Of a DNA stretch of 64,000 nt, positions 17,654 through 26,999 are shown in pieces. The stretch is taken from positions 43,824 to 107,823 of the IMG/VR virus record IMGVR_UViG_3300006928_000001. The stretch is one strand, 5' to 3'. Position numbers and translations under genes: made by a program. This stretch comes from a virus. Within the stretch, counting starts at the first letter, position 1. The number at the start of each line of letters is the position of its first letter. Under the pieces are notes generated by a model that saw only the letters and a program-made list of their open reading frames with translations, did not search any database and was not told the DNA's origin.

Positions 17654-18457
17654 TTACGCTGACTCATCGAATTCCCTGTAGACTCGAGAAGGGATGCTCT
17701 TACCTCCAGGAGCTTCTGTGTCGTAGAAGTCTCCGTTGATGAGGTACGTAATGTTTTCTACGTAGCCCCATGGTCCAGATGATTCTGGTTCGATCTCGGC
17801 CTTAGAACGAATCAGCTTGTTATCAACAATGATAACATCACACCCATCCTTCTCGTGCCTAATGAGTTCACACTCATGACTGTAGCCGTCACCAAGCTGG
17901 TTGCTCTCAGGATACCAATTGTAGTCATGACCTCGTTCAACCCAATAGACCACGATCCGTAGCTCTCCATGATGGTCGTAGGCGCCCTTTACATAACTGG
18001 CGAATGCCCACGGTACTGGGGCATCATAAGAGGCTCGGCCACCTAGTACAACTACATCACCAACTACGAATGGACACTTGGCACTACGGGGCTGGTACTC
18101 ACGGACTGGTGCTCCTCGACGAGCTACAGCAGCCATAGTCAAGTCTACAGTCATTCCCGTAAGGTCATCTTCCTCACCGCTATAGCGAAGACGGTATCCC
18201 CACTTTTCATTACTGGTAACAGTAAACCATAGAGTTTGACCAACCAAGTCTTCGTCGATACACTCCTCCACAGTCATGGATGCAACATCTTTCGTAAAAG
18301 ACTGAAGCTTCAATTCGATGTGGAAGTACGGGGTACCAAGAGTGCACCGCTTCGGCAAGAACTCCTTCACACGAGTCTCATAATTGATCCTATCCCAGTC
18401 AGAATCAGGATGGAGGTAATGACAGACAACGCGTTCGTTCGTGTAGTTGTAGAACAT
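17654..18457 (-). CDS. Hypothetical protein
   Basis: 267-aa ORF, AGGAG RBS. Confidence 0.65.
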   Translation of the reverse strand: MFYNYTNERVVCHYLHPDSDWDRINYETRVKEFLPKRCTLGTPYFHIELKLQSFTKDVASMTVEECIDEDLVGQTLWFTVTSNEKWGYRLRYSGEEDDLTGMTVDLTMAAVARRGAPVREYQPRSAKCPFVVGDVVVLGGRASYDAPVPWAFASYVKGAYDHHGELRIVVYWVERGHDYNWYPESNQLGDGYSHECELIRHEKDGCDVIIVDNKLIRSKAEIEPESSGPWGYVENITYLINGDFYDTEAPGGKSIPSRVYREFDESA

Positions 18458-18675
18458 CAGAAGCTCCTGGGGTATTCAACCTTGTAATGGCATTTGCCGT
18501 TGACAGAGACCGTTACCTTGCCTTCTTCGAAACCGATGGAGACATCAGCCATTCCGAGCTGGAGCTCGAGCTTGGCATATGTTGGATCAACATTGTCATG
18601 GACAACAGTACAGTCTTCGCCATTTACAGTTGTCGTGATATTCCCGTTGTTCTCAGTCTTAAGCTCGGCGTACAT
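18457..18675 (-). CDS. Hypothetical protein
   Basis: Coupled ORF. Confidence 0.55.
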   Translation of the reverse strand: MYAELKTENNGNITTTVNGEDCTVVHDNVDPTYAKLELQLGMADVSIGFEEGKVTVSVNGKCHYKVEYPRSF

Positions 18676-19484
18676 TACTTCTTCTCCGTCGGTGGGGTAG
18701 AAAATCCAATGCCCTTCCAGTCACGCAAAGAGTCTTCCAGTCGCCTTCTAGTGTCCAAAGGCGATCCGTTAAGACACATAGCCTCACGGACGAGATCATC
18801 TCGTGACATGCTATTAACACTCCCGAATCCTTCTGAGATAGAGTCGATTACCATGTCACGACTCAACTCAGGCTCAAGCCAACAGTTGGCTACATACCAG
18901 GCGATGACACCATCTGAGTAGCCTTCCAGACAGTCTACTGCCCGAGGGTTAGGATCATCAGTAGACGTAGGCTTCCATGTGAGAGTGCGCATGTCACACA
19001 TCTCATTGATACTACGCGCGGACTTTTCTTTCACGTTGACGAAGTAAACGCCACTAATCGCCTCGTACCATCCATCCTTGGCTGGTTGGGGAGAAGCGCG
19101 GTCGACACGAATCTGCTGTGCAGAGTGCCAAAGCATCATGGCCATACGCTCCATCTCACTCGGTGTCATGGTGAAACCAGCACGATTTCCGATGTTGAGT
19201 AGCGGCAACTGGCCGTCGATCTCGTCGGTTACTGTAACCGGCCCATGGACACTACCGATGTACATCGTGCCGATGTCTTCGACCTCACTGAACTCGTCGT
19301 ACATGTCGAAGATAGCCATGATGAGTGGCGCAAGCGGGTCTGGTGAGTACTGGGTATTATCCTTGATTGATGGCTTCCCATACGTAGCGTAGTACCCAAT
19401 TTCATCCTCGTGCACAGTGATACTACGGATTACTTTGTCCGGAAGTGTGACAGCCGCGGTGATATGCTTTTCTGGCTTAGGCAT
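18675..19484 (-). CDS. Hypothetical protein
   Basis: GAGGTAA RBS, 269 aa. Confidence 0.65.
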   Translation of the reverse strand: MPKPEKHITAAVTLPDKVIRSITVHEDEIGYYATYGKPSIKDNTQYSPDPLAPLIMAIFDMYDEFSEVEDIGTMYIGSVHGPVTVTDEIDGQLPLLNIGNRAGFTMTPSEMERMAMMLWHSAQQIRVDRASPQPAKDGWYEAISGVYFVNVKEKSARSINEMCDMRTLTWKPTSTDDPNPRAVDCLEGYSDGVIAWYVANCWLEPELSRDMVIDSISEGFGSVNSMSRDDLVREAMCLNGSPLDTRRRLEDSLRDWKGIGFSTPPTEKK

Positions 19485-19487
19485 GAT

Positions 19488-19859
19488 TTACCTCTCTTCT
19501 GCGTTATGAAAGTGAACTGTATCCCAGAGCAATTCTGGCATAGAACCTTCTGCTCTAGATCTAACGTTGTACCGTCGGCCGCCATGGTGGATACCAACTC
19601 CGTATGTTACGGTACCTTTATACGGGTATTTCCAGAGCATGATGTGCGCAATTTTCCCATTACACTTGCGAGAAAATGTGTAGATCTGCATTTTATCGAG
19701 TGTACGCATGGCACCAATTTGCGGGAACCGGAGCAGAAAGCTTGTGCTAAGCGCTCGGCACTTCAATTTGAGAGTGCTTCCATCCGCTACGAGCTTGGCC
19801 TTTGTGACGTCTGCCATGATGACGTCATTAGCAAACTGTAGGATTTTCTTGCTCATCAC
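19488..19859 (-). CDS. Basic hypothetical protein
   Basis: Coupled ORF. Confidence 0.55.
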   Translation of the reverse strand: MMSKKILQFANDVIMADVTKAKLVADGSTLKLKCRALSTSFLLRFPQIGAMRTLDKMQIYTFSRKCNGKIAHIMLWKYPYKGTVTYGVGIHHGGRRYNVRSRAEGSMPELLWDTVHFHNAEER

Positions 19860-20071
19860 TCTTCCACGAAGCAGACATCGTCCAACGCCACCTCTGGGCC
19901 TGTTGTGTCCATAGACTCAACGTTCACCAGGTGGAGGTCTGTGATGTTGAGAAGAAGGCGTTCTTGGATTGCTTTCTTGGCCTTTTCGACAGCTTGGTCT
20001 TTTGTTGCACCGCGAGCATCAACAACGACACTCATCTCGACTGTGAGCGTGATTTCGTACAAGTCTTCCAT
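19856..20071 (-). CDS. Small hypothetical protein
   Basis: GAGGTA RBS. Confidence 0.6.
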   Translation of the reverse strand: MEDLYEITLTVEMSVVVDARGATKDQAVEKAKKAIQERLLLNITDLHLVNVESMDTTGPEVALDDVCFVEE

Positions 20072-20079
20072 TATGGGTT

Positions 20080-20346
20080 CTACCTCTTTGCGAGAAGACT
20101 ACGAGCTTCTCGGTCATTTCTGATTTGAATCATTGCTACTGCTGAGCCGTTCAATGTCGCTCTAAGTAGCTTCATGAAAGTCTCATCATCTTCGATGAGT
20201 TCTTTTTGAGCTTTTCTCTCTTCTCGAGATAGTGGCGTTTTGCAGGTGTGTTCCTTGTCAGTTGAACCTGTAAACACAACTTCTGCGCAGGCACCACACT
20301 CTGTATCTACTCCAACGTTGTTTAGACATTGAAGAACTTCGTCCAT
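20080..20346 (-). CDS. Small Cys/His-containing protein
   Basis: ECGAC...HTC; start uncertain. Confidence 0.45.
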   Translation of the reverse strand: MDEVLQCLNNVGVDTECGACAEVVFTGSTDKEHTCKTPLSREERKAQKELIEDDETFMKLLRATLNGSAVAMIQIRNDREARSLLAKR

Positions 20347-20359
20347 TGTTCGACTACAC

Positions 20360-20683
20360 TCATGGGATATCCGTGACAGAAATCTTGATACCAAAATCAC
20401 CTGTATGGGAGATGATGTACCACTGTTGGTTAATGAGCATGACGTCAAGTTCCCGCTTGTGGCTGAACACAGAGTCCAACACGGTGTCACCTTCAGGCGT
20501 ACCAGGAGTACCACCAACCACATAGATGGTTTGTATCATGACTCTATAAGCTTTTGAGGCATCTTCATCGAAGGACCACCTCCAGGCTTCACCCTGGCAG
20601 TCTGACGTAATGTCTTTGACAAAAATGGCGTCAACTTTGAGGATGCAGTTTTCTTTCTCAGTGTCGATGTGGTAGCGTTGCAT
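20360..20683 (-). CDS. Hypothetical protein
   Basis: AAAGGA RBS before MQRYH. Confidence 0.55.
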   Translation of the reverse strand: MQRYHIDTEKENCILKVDAIFVKDITSDCQGEAWRWSFDEDASKAYRVMIQTIYVVGGTPGTPEGDTVLDSVFSHKRELDVMLINQQWYIISHTGDFGIKISVTDIP

Positions 20684-20910
20684 TGTGGTTCCTTTCTCTA
20701 AGACAGAGAGACATGGTCCACCCACAACCATCAGACCAGCGAGGTAAAATTACCGGGAGGTTGTGGGTGGCCAGTCTCCAGAAGTGGGCCCAAGTTGGGG
20801 TGGTCGAATACCCCTAGTTTTGGGCTGAGTGGATTTCTAGGGCCTACGAAAGGGTTGGGCTGGTAGTTTCCTCAGGTCCAACTTTTGGAGTGGTTCGTAG
20901 GGGCTAGAGA

Positions 20911-21117
20911 TTAGTCTAGTTTTTCACGAATAGTCTGCTCGATCAACACGTGGTCAACTAAACTAGACGAAGGTTCGTACACGAATGTGACAGTACACTT
21001 ATCAGGATCGATGTGTACGTCAGACACGCTACTGGCAAGCTCGATCAAAGTTTTGTCGACTAGGTTGCCCGAAAGTTTCACAGAAGTCTTGTGCTCGACG
21101 ATTGCGCTATTCTTCAT
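20911..21117 (-). CDS. Small hypothetical protein
   Basis: GGAGT RBS. Confidence 0.55.
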   Translation of the reverse strand: MKNSAIVEHKTSVKLSGNLVDKTLIELASSVSDVHIDPDKCTVTFVYEPSSSLVDHVLIEQTIREKLD

Positions 21118-21121
21118 TCAT

Positions 21122-21610
21122 TTACTCCATAGACTGGAAGTCAATATCCATTGCCCATCGACGAATCAACGCCCTCAAGATGCGCTGAGACTCATCTTTC
21201 ACAGGACCCTTTCCACGCTTCTTAACATGGGCAACAGCCTCATCCAAGAAGTCATTCATACACACGTGCTTGACGTTGTGCATGAGTCGGCGGACCTCTT
21301 CTGTGCGCTCGGCAACAGTTTCGTCCATTCCGCGCTTGGTTCGAACGGTCTTGTACAGAGACCCATCATTCCAACCGTAGTCATGGGTAGACTTGACGCC
21401 AAACGACAGAGTCTTCTTAGCGATTTCGCACCAGAGGTACTCAGCCATGTAGAGAGCCATCCAGCCGGAGCCTTCACTCTCTTGAGCGTCGAACTCTTCA
21501 CCCTTGTACATGAGCTTTGAGTAGACGATACGAATCTTAACGTCGAATTCGATAGGCTCTGGGGTAGCGGTAAACCCAGCAGTGCTGAGTGCAGCTTTGA
21601 GTTGGTCCAT
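21122..21610 (-). CDS. Hypothetical protein
   Basis: TAATG coupling. Confidence 0.6.
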   Translation of the reverse strand: MDQLKAALSTAGFTATPEPIEFDVKIRIVYSKLMYKGEEFDAQESEGSGWMALYMAEYLWCEIAKKTLSFGVKSTHDYGWNDGSLYKTVRTKRGMDETVAERTEEVRRLMHNVKHVCMNDFLDEAVAHVKKRGKGPVKDESQRILRALIRRWAMDIDFQSME

Positions 21611-22206
21611 TACTCATCCTCCTCAGACCAGCACCAGTTCTGGCTGAACAATTGCATTACTGTCACTACTTTGTTGTTCCACTCATGATTGAGTGTCTTA
21701 CTTGGTACGAGTAGGTTGACGAAACAACAAACTTCCACAGAGAGGCTGTTGTGGTCTTTGATGATGAGGTCATCGTGAAACCATTCAAACTCGTAACTGG
21801 TTTCACCGAATTCCTTATCACTTTCGGTAACTTCGTCGATGATGGCCTGAACTTCCTTGCGTTCGAAATACGGGTTAGCCCAGCCGTTCCAACGCCGTTC
21901 AGACGGAACAACGTACCCTGGCTGGCTAAACATCGAACCTTCGCCATCGATGCTGAAACGATTGGGCTGTGCTCGGAACAGTTTGCTAGTAAGGCCCAGG
22001 TCGTGCTCACGTGGATGCTTGAACTGAGTTACTAGCGTTTCCACTGTCCCATCATCGTCAACGGGACGAGTGACATGAAACAGACCGACCAAGTCTTTTG
22101 TGACGTTGTTGTAGAAGTCACGGTAGTGAGTACGCCTGGTACTAGCAGCCACGCGACTATTGTGCCAGATGGTGAGGTTGCGGTCTCGAAGTTCTGTACT
22201 AGTCAT
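21610..22206 (-). CDS. Phage protein with WNGWxxPxF motif
   Basis: RWNGWANPYFER. Confidence 0.6.
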   Translation of the reverse strand: MTSTELRDRNLTIWHNSRVAASTRRTHYRDFYNNVTKDLVGLFHVTRPVDDDGTVETLVTQFKHPREHDLGLTSKLFRAQPNRFSIDGEGSMFSQPGYVVPSERRWNGWANPYFERKEVQAIIDEVTESDKEFGETSYEFEWFHDDLIIKDHNSLSVEVCCFVNLLVPSKTLNHEWNNKVVTVMQLFSQNWCWSEEDE

Positions 22207-22460
22207 TAGAACAGCTCCTTTTCGATTAGCTCGTCACTAACTTCTGTCCACCTGGCTGTAACAGTCTCGCTGATCTCAGTTCCAGAGTAGTCTCCGCCAC
22301 TAGGAACCTTCATGACCAGTTTTGCATCATTTGGAATGCTAATTCCTAGATGCTGAAGCGCAGCAATCATGACTTCGTTTGGTACGGTTAGTTCTACGTT
22401 TTCGTGTGTCTTGACCTTTCGAGTGACCTTTAGTCCAAGGGGCTTATGTTGATTCATCAC
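22206..22460 (-). CDS. Hypothetical protein
   Basis: VPSGGDYSG motif; coupled ORF. Confidence 0.6.
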   Translation of the reverse strand: MMNQHKPLGLKVTRKVKTHENVELTVPNEVMIAALQHLGISIPNDAKLVMKVPSGGDYSGTEISETVTARWTEVSDELIEKELF

Positions 22461-23098
22461 GCATCTCCTGCTGTGTTGACCATCTGCAAAGAAGCTTGCA
22501 TGGTAATCATTTTGTGAGCCTCTTCGTACATCTCAGCTACCTCTCCCGCCAGGGCCATGTACAGTTGTGCTTCACAGAATACCACCGCTTCTGGGTGCAT
22601 AGTCTTTCGTACTAGATCTGCCTCGTCGATGGCTGATCCGTCTTTGAGCATGAACCTTGTGCAGTTGACTGTAACGTGTGGTGGTTGCTGCATGGTAAAG
22701 CCGGAGTAGATCGATGAACCCATCGGCTCAAAGACTTGAATGATGCTTTCGTACAAGCCGTGTGGGCATCCCTTCTCAAGTTGTTCGAGTGCAGGCTTTG
22801 TACAGGCTTGGTACGGCAGACATCCTAGCTGAGGAGTGTAGATTGCTAGTCCGACCTTGCCAGCTTCATTGATGCACTGTTCTGTATCGAATGTGACAGG
22901 AAGCGCGTCATTAACACACTTGACCAAGACGTCTACGAGTAGCTGAGGGTTCTTGACTCCGTATCGGAGTACATCCGCGTTGGACCGAACCATGAATCTA
23001 ACCGCCTCGAACATCTTAGCGTGCGTCTCACAGCAGATGTGGTCAGGGTTCATCTGGCCTGACTTTAGGAACCAACGAATGTCATTGGGGTCTAGCAT
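22457..23098 (-). CDS. Hypothetical protein
   Basis: GAGGTAA RBS. Confidence 0.65.
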   Translation of the reverse strand: MLDPNDIRWFLKSGQMNPDHICCETHAKMFEAVRFMVRSNADVLRYGVKNPQLLVDVLVKCVNDALPVTFDTEQCINEAGKVGLAIYTPQLGCLPYQACTKPALEQLEKGCPHGLYESIIQVFEPMGSSIYSGFTMQQPPHVTVNCTRFMLKDGSAIDEADLVRKTMHPEAVVFCEAQLYMALAGEVAEMYEEAHKMITMQASLQMVNTAGDA

Positions 23099-23111
23099 TG
23101 TTTTACCTCTT

Positions 23112-23348
23112 TCAGAGTTGAGATTCTAGTCGTACTTGAACAGGAACAACTTCCCAGGTTTTGCCAAGAAAGAACCTGTCTTTCTTCGGTAGCTTTCTGT
23201 CAATCCACTTAGCAGCAGTCTTGGCTGCTGTTGGACTAGAGAATACACGAGCTGCACTGAACCGTGATACGTACATCCGATACCGTGACCCGCCAATGAA
23301 GAACTGCCTGTTGTCAGAGCAACGGAGTATCCAGCGTGTAGTGGTCAC
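23112..23348 (-). CDS. Small basic protein
   Basis: Coupled ORF. Confidence 0.55.
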   Translation of the reverse strand: MTTTRWILRCSDNRQFFIGGSRYRMYVSRFSAARVFSSPTAAKTAAKWIDRKLPKKDRFFLGKTWEVVPVQVRLESQL

Positions 23349-24184
23349 TTGTGCGTGACCTCAATCTCAATGATACCATCGTCAGTGTCTCGCAGTTGAC
23401 CCTTCAGACCCTTCTGGATTAGAGCGTTCTTTGCTGCATCATCTGTCATGCAGCCTAGTGGAGCGAATGAACCACGACCAAACTTGCCGTACTGGTCATC
23501 GGGCAGGATTGGACCATAAAACACGGCCTTCTTGCCTTCCCAGCACCAGGACCAGTCAGGGTCGAGCCAGATGATCATGAATGTAACAGGGACAACATCG
23601 TAGTCCTTAAACGCCCGGTAGTGTGTGAACCCCAGGTTGTACAGAAACTCATGGAATCCTGGGTGTTCAGATGGAACCTCTGACGCATTACAGAGCTCGT
23701 AGTACATGTCGTACAAGGTCTTGTCGTTAGTCAACTCGCCATTGACAAGCAGACCTCCGCCGGAGCCTTCCATAGTGGTGTCATCAAACACCTTGGCGCC
23801 GTATGGGAAGTTCATCATGTAATTGTTCATTTCAAGTACTCCTCGTAAGCATCCAAGTCGACAAACTCGTGGAGAGTGTGCAGAACCCGGGCCGTAGTAG
23901 TCGAGTGTTGCTCCAGCTAGGCGTTCTTGCATCATCTGCAGAGTGGCTTTCTGGGCGTCCGTCAAGTTGAAATTCTTCTTGTCACTAACAAGCTCGCGGC
24001 ACTTCGGACAGGTGATGGTAGAAAGTGGCCTGTCTTCGTTTAGCCAGGATGGTGCGACGAAGTCGTGACCTTCTGGTGAGGTAACGCCTTCATAATCAAT
24101 ACGAAGTGTCATGCCACAGTACGTATCAACAGTTGCTAGACTGACTTTGCAGTCATGCTTCTCAATGTGAATGACTCCGGTCAT
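23345..24184 (-). CDS. Hypothetical protein with N-terminal Zn-binding motif
   Basis: H...TYCG...ITCPKC; likely start MTGVIH. Confidence 0.6.
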   Translation of the reverse strand: MTGVIHIEKHDCKVSLATVDTYCGMTLRIDYEGVTSPEGHDFVAPSWLNEDRPLSTITCPKCRELVSDKKNFNLTDAQKATLQMMQERLAGATLDYYGPGSAHSPRVCRLGCLRGVLEMNNYMMNFPYGAKVFDDTTMEGSGGGLLVNGELTNDKTLYDMYYELCNASEVPSEHPGFHEFLYNLGFTHYRAFKDYDVVPVTFMIIWLDPDWSWCWEGKKAVFYGPILPDDQYGKFGRGSFAPLGCMTDDAAKNALIQKGLKGQLRDTDDGIIEIEVTHK

Positions 24185-24462
24185 TGTGCTTGCCTCTTTC
24201 TGATGTTGTCTGCCCAAATTGCACCTAGCGTGTCAAAGTCTTCTGAGAAGAACACGTTGAATCCATATCCGTGCTCTTCAAATTCGATGTTGAGCTCTAT
24301 TGTTCCTTTGATGAAGTCTTGATACAGCTGGCCTAGAACACAGCGTGTACACGTTGTCATATCAAGCACGTCTAGGTCGATTTCATGGTGCCAACCAGGT
24401 CGCTTTGCGTCTAGTAGCGCGATGCCATTGCTAACACACAACTCTAGGTTTTTTCTATTCAT
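24181..24462 (-). CDS. Conserved-type phage protein
   Basis: GIALLDAKRPGW...CVLGQLY; GAGGTA RBS before MNRKN. Confidence 0.6.
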   Translation of the reverse strand: MNRKNLELCVSNGIALLDAKRPGWHHEIDLDVLDMTTCTRCVLGQLYQDFIKGTIELNIEFEEHGYGFNVFFSEDFDTLGAIWADNIRKRQAQ

Positions 24463-24929
24463 GACTGTACCTCTTTCAAGTAGTTGAACGCGTCTTCGTT
24501 CCTCAAAATACCTAGGTTTTGTGTCTCGCATGACAGGTGGCCATGTTTACCGATAAACACACGGGTTTCGTGCATCTTGAAGTGTAAGGTGCCTTTCGCC
24601 GATTGCTTCGTAATGTCGCTGAATGCTAAACCGAGATCTTCCATCGTGTTGAGTTGTGGCTCAAGCACTTGGTAAGCGGTCTTTTCCTGAAGGAAGTGTG
24701 CCTTCAGCTCTTTGATGAGGTCACCTGGTGTAATCCAGGAGTGTCGTCCCCAGGTGACACGCCCAGTTGTACCAATATAAATAGTCGTATGGACATCGTT
24801 GTGAGACGCTTTTAGGCACACAGTGCCGCGGGCTGTTTGCTCGATGAGCTTGAGCTTAACGCCGGGGATGGCTGTGTAGAGGGCATTCTGCATGTCCTCT
24901 TGACTAGCTGTGAGTGGCTTGTGGAGCAT
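24459..24929 (-). CDS. Hypothetical protein
   Basis: Coupled ORF; apparent internal duplication (RGTVCLK..IYIGTTGRVT / KGTLHFK..VFIGKHGHLS). Confidence 0.6.
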   Translation of the reverse strand: MLHKPLTASQEDMQNALYTAIPGVKLKLIEQTARGTVCLKASHNDVHTTIYIGTTGRVTWGRHSWITPGDLIKELKAHFLQEKTAYQVLEPQLNTMEDLGLAFSDITKQSAKGTLHFKMHETRVFIGKHGHLSCETQNLGILRNEDAFNYLKEVQS

Positions 24930-25345
24930 CAGTCATCCCAACCTGAGAGGTTTTCAATCCTGTGTACCGCTTCTACGTTACCTGATAGCATAGCGTGAGT
25001 CAGCATCAGGTGTGTTGCGTCCTTGTACTCTTCTGAGTAGACTACCGATGGTCTCTTGCCTTCTTGGCAGAACTCGAGCGGTAGTTTCTCTATGACAGAT
25101 GGGTCGATGAAGTCAACGATTGACTCAGGCAGGTTCAGCATCGCCTCGACCTGCCAGTAGTCAGCGTCTGGACGGTTGGTGTTCCGCGCCTCTTCTTCGT
25201 CCTCTTCGATTTCTTCTGGAGTTCTGTCGCAGAAGTTGTCGTGGCGGGTGTATGACAGTTGACCACACCGTTTGCATGGAACCATGCCGAGGGTGTCGGC
25301 GCGGATTTGACAGATGAAGATGTCTGGCATTTCTAGTTGTGCCAC
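24929..25345 (-). CDS. Hypothetical Zn-binding protein
   Basis: CKRCG...H..FC. Confidence 0.55.
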   Translation of the reverse strand: MAQLEMPDIFICQIRADTLGMVPCKRCGQLSYTRHDNFCDRTPEEIEEDEEEARNTNRPDADYWQVEAMLNLPESIVDFIDPSVIEKLPLEFCQEGKRPSVVYSEEYKDATHLMLTHAMLSGNVEAVHRIENLSGWDD

Positions 25346-25686
25346 CTTTCATTGATGTAATCATACTTGATGACGCTGCCTTCGAAGAACAAGTAGCTTT
25401 CTGGTAACAGGTCAGGTGGAGGTTCACACTTCGCTTCTGCCAGGCGCTTGAGTTCGCCTGGCAGGTTGTTGAGGTAGCACTCGTTCCAGTTCTCGTCGTC
25501 TGGGTCGATGCAGATGGAGTCTCCGTTCGGAGATGGGTAGAGGTGGAACGTTGCTTGCATTTTCAACTCACAGTATACATCAACCGGGTCACATACGCTC
25601 ACCCAGATGATTCCCCACACAGCATGTACCAAGGCGTCCACCATGTCATTGCCCGTTTCTGGTTTTAGCGTGGAGCACTTTGTCAT
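25333..25686 (-). CDS. Hypothetical protein
   Basis: AAGGA RBS. Confidence 0.55.
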   Translation of the reverse strand: MTKCSTLKPETGNDMVDALVHAVWGIIWVSVCDPVDVYCELKMQATFHLYPSPNGDSICIDPDDENWNECYLNNLPGELKRLAEAKCEPPPDLLPESYLFFEGSVIKYDYINERWHN

Positions 25687-25698
25687 TTACATGTCCTT

Positions 25699-26355
25699 TT
25701 AGTCTGTGACTACAAGTCTTCCTGTAACACTCTCATAAATAAGATCCATCATCGTAGAATCGTAGGGGGACTCATCTGGAGTCATGTTTTGCTCGATGAG
25801 CAGGAATCGTTGTGCTGCCAGATAGGCATCCTCAGGCGTACCATCGTCACAGACGTATTCACCGGCTGAGGGGTGGCCTTCCGGGCACTTGATGTGCCGA
25901 GACCTCCATGGTGCCTTCGCGTGAGCTGCCTCATGGACAGTTGCGACACTCAACTGCTCAGGAGATGAGTATCTTGGTGAGCGAAACACCACACGTCGGC
26001 CGGAGTAGTAGATGGCTGCTTTGTGTGTTGCGCCTGGGTCATACTCAGGTGAGACTTCAACTTCGTCGAACTCAACCAGGCTGTCACCGTAGTAGTCTTG
26101 GTCTGCTACCAGGAGCATGTGCCATGTAGTGAGGAGGGCGTTGATGTCGTCTTCGTACGCGTCGTATGGTTGATTGTGTGAATCAATCTGCAGGTTAGCA
26201 TCTGCCGCGATGCTGTACGCGCAGTCTCCGGTTGGAGGGAGTGCTTCGAACGCGAGATGACGTTGATTTTCGCAAGAATCAAGCGTGGCACTGATGTCCA
26301 ACTGGTAGTCGCTGGAACAGGCTGCGAATACTAGCAAAGTTGTGATACTGCGCAT
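25699..26355 (-). CDS. Lipoprotein with HExxH zinc-peptidase motif
   Basis: Lipobox MRSITTLLVFAA-C; TVHEAAH...HIKC...CD. Confidence 0.7.
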   Translation of the reverse strand: MRSITTLLVFAACSSDYQLDISATLDSCENQRHLAFEALPPTGDCAYSIAADANLQIDSHNQPYDAYEDDINALLTTWHMLLVADQDYYGDSLVEFDEVEVSPEYDPGATHKAAIYYSGRRVVFRSPRYSSPEQLSVATVHEAAHAKAPWRSRHIKCPEGHPSAGEYVCDDGTPEDAYLAAQRFLLIEQNMTPDESPYDSTMMDLIYESVTGRLVVTD

Positions 26356-26379
26356 GACATTTCCTTTCTGTTTAAAGAG

Positions 26380-26703
26380 TTATACCTTCTTTGCGAGCAG
26401 CCCGTCATCACCCCAAGACAGGACGAGACTAGCTTTTTCGAGCCTTCTGGAACTGAATGTATCCTTCTTGACATTTCTCAGTTGTCCGGGTAGGTGGTCT
26501 AGAAAGTCACACGCTTCTTCCAAGCTAAAGTGATGATAGTTTCTTAGGGCCGTAATTCCGTCAGCCCTATCGGCACAGTCGATGACTGTTACCGTGGACG
26601 CCATGTTGTTGGTGGTGATAAGCACGTCGGTCAGAGCTAGAGCAGAAGCCAGGACACGTCGTAGGTCCTTCAAAGCGAGCAGTGGGTCGTGCACTTCCAT
26701 CAT
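26380..26703 (-). CDS. Ribosomal protein bL12 C-terminal-domain-like protein
   Basis: VTVIDCADRADGITALRNYHHFSLEEACDFLDHLP...RRLEKA aligns with the L7/L12 CTD; GGAG RBS before ATG at 26703. Confidence 0.55.
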   Translation of the reverse strand: MMEVHDPLLALKDLRRVLASALALTDVLITTNNMASTVTVIDCADRADGITALRNYHHFSLEEACDFLDHLPGQLRNVKKDTFSSRRLEKASLVLSWGDDGLLAKKV

Positions 26704-26999
26704 TTCTCCAATTGGTGGTTGGTTGGGGTGTAGCCCAGGGGTCAGATTGGTCCATTGGTGGCCAGATTGGGGTGATCTGGCCATTTTAGGGGGTTGGGGT
26801 GGGGTAGGTTGGGGGTTGGAAGTTTCGCAGGGCTCAGAAATGGACTGGTAAAAAGCAGGAGGTTTGCTGAGTGTTTTTCTTAAGTAAAGCAAGAGGGTTT
26901 GCTGGGTGAGCTGTAAGAGAAGCACGGGCCGTAGGTTCGTCTGGCAAGTTGTCTGCTAACAGGTTGTCTGCTGTTCGACTAATGGGTTGTTACCTGTAC

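Noticed and set aside
26704-26925. Pro/Gln-rich N-terminal extension of ORF 26380-26925
   Set aside because: It is the translation of a C-rich non-coding tract; a proper RBS and ATG exist at 26703
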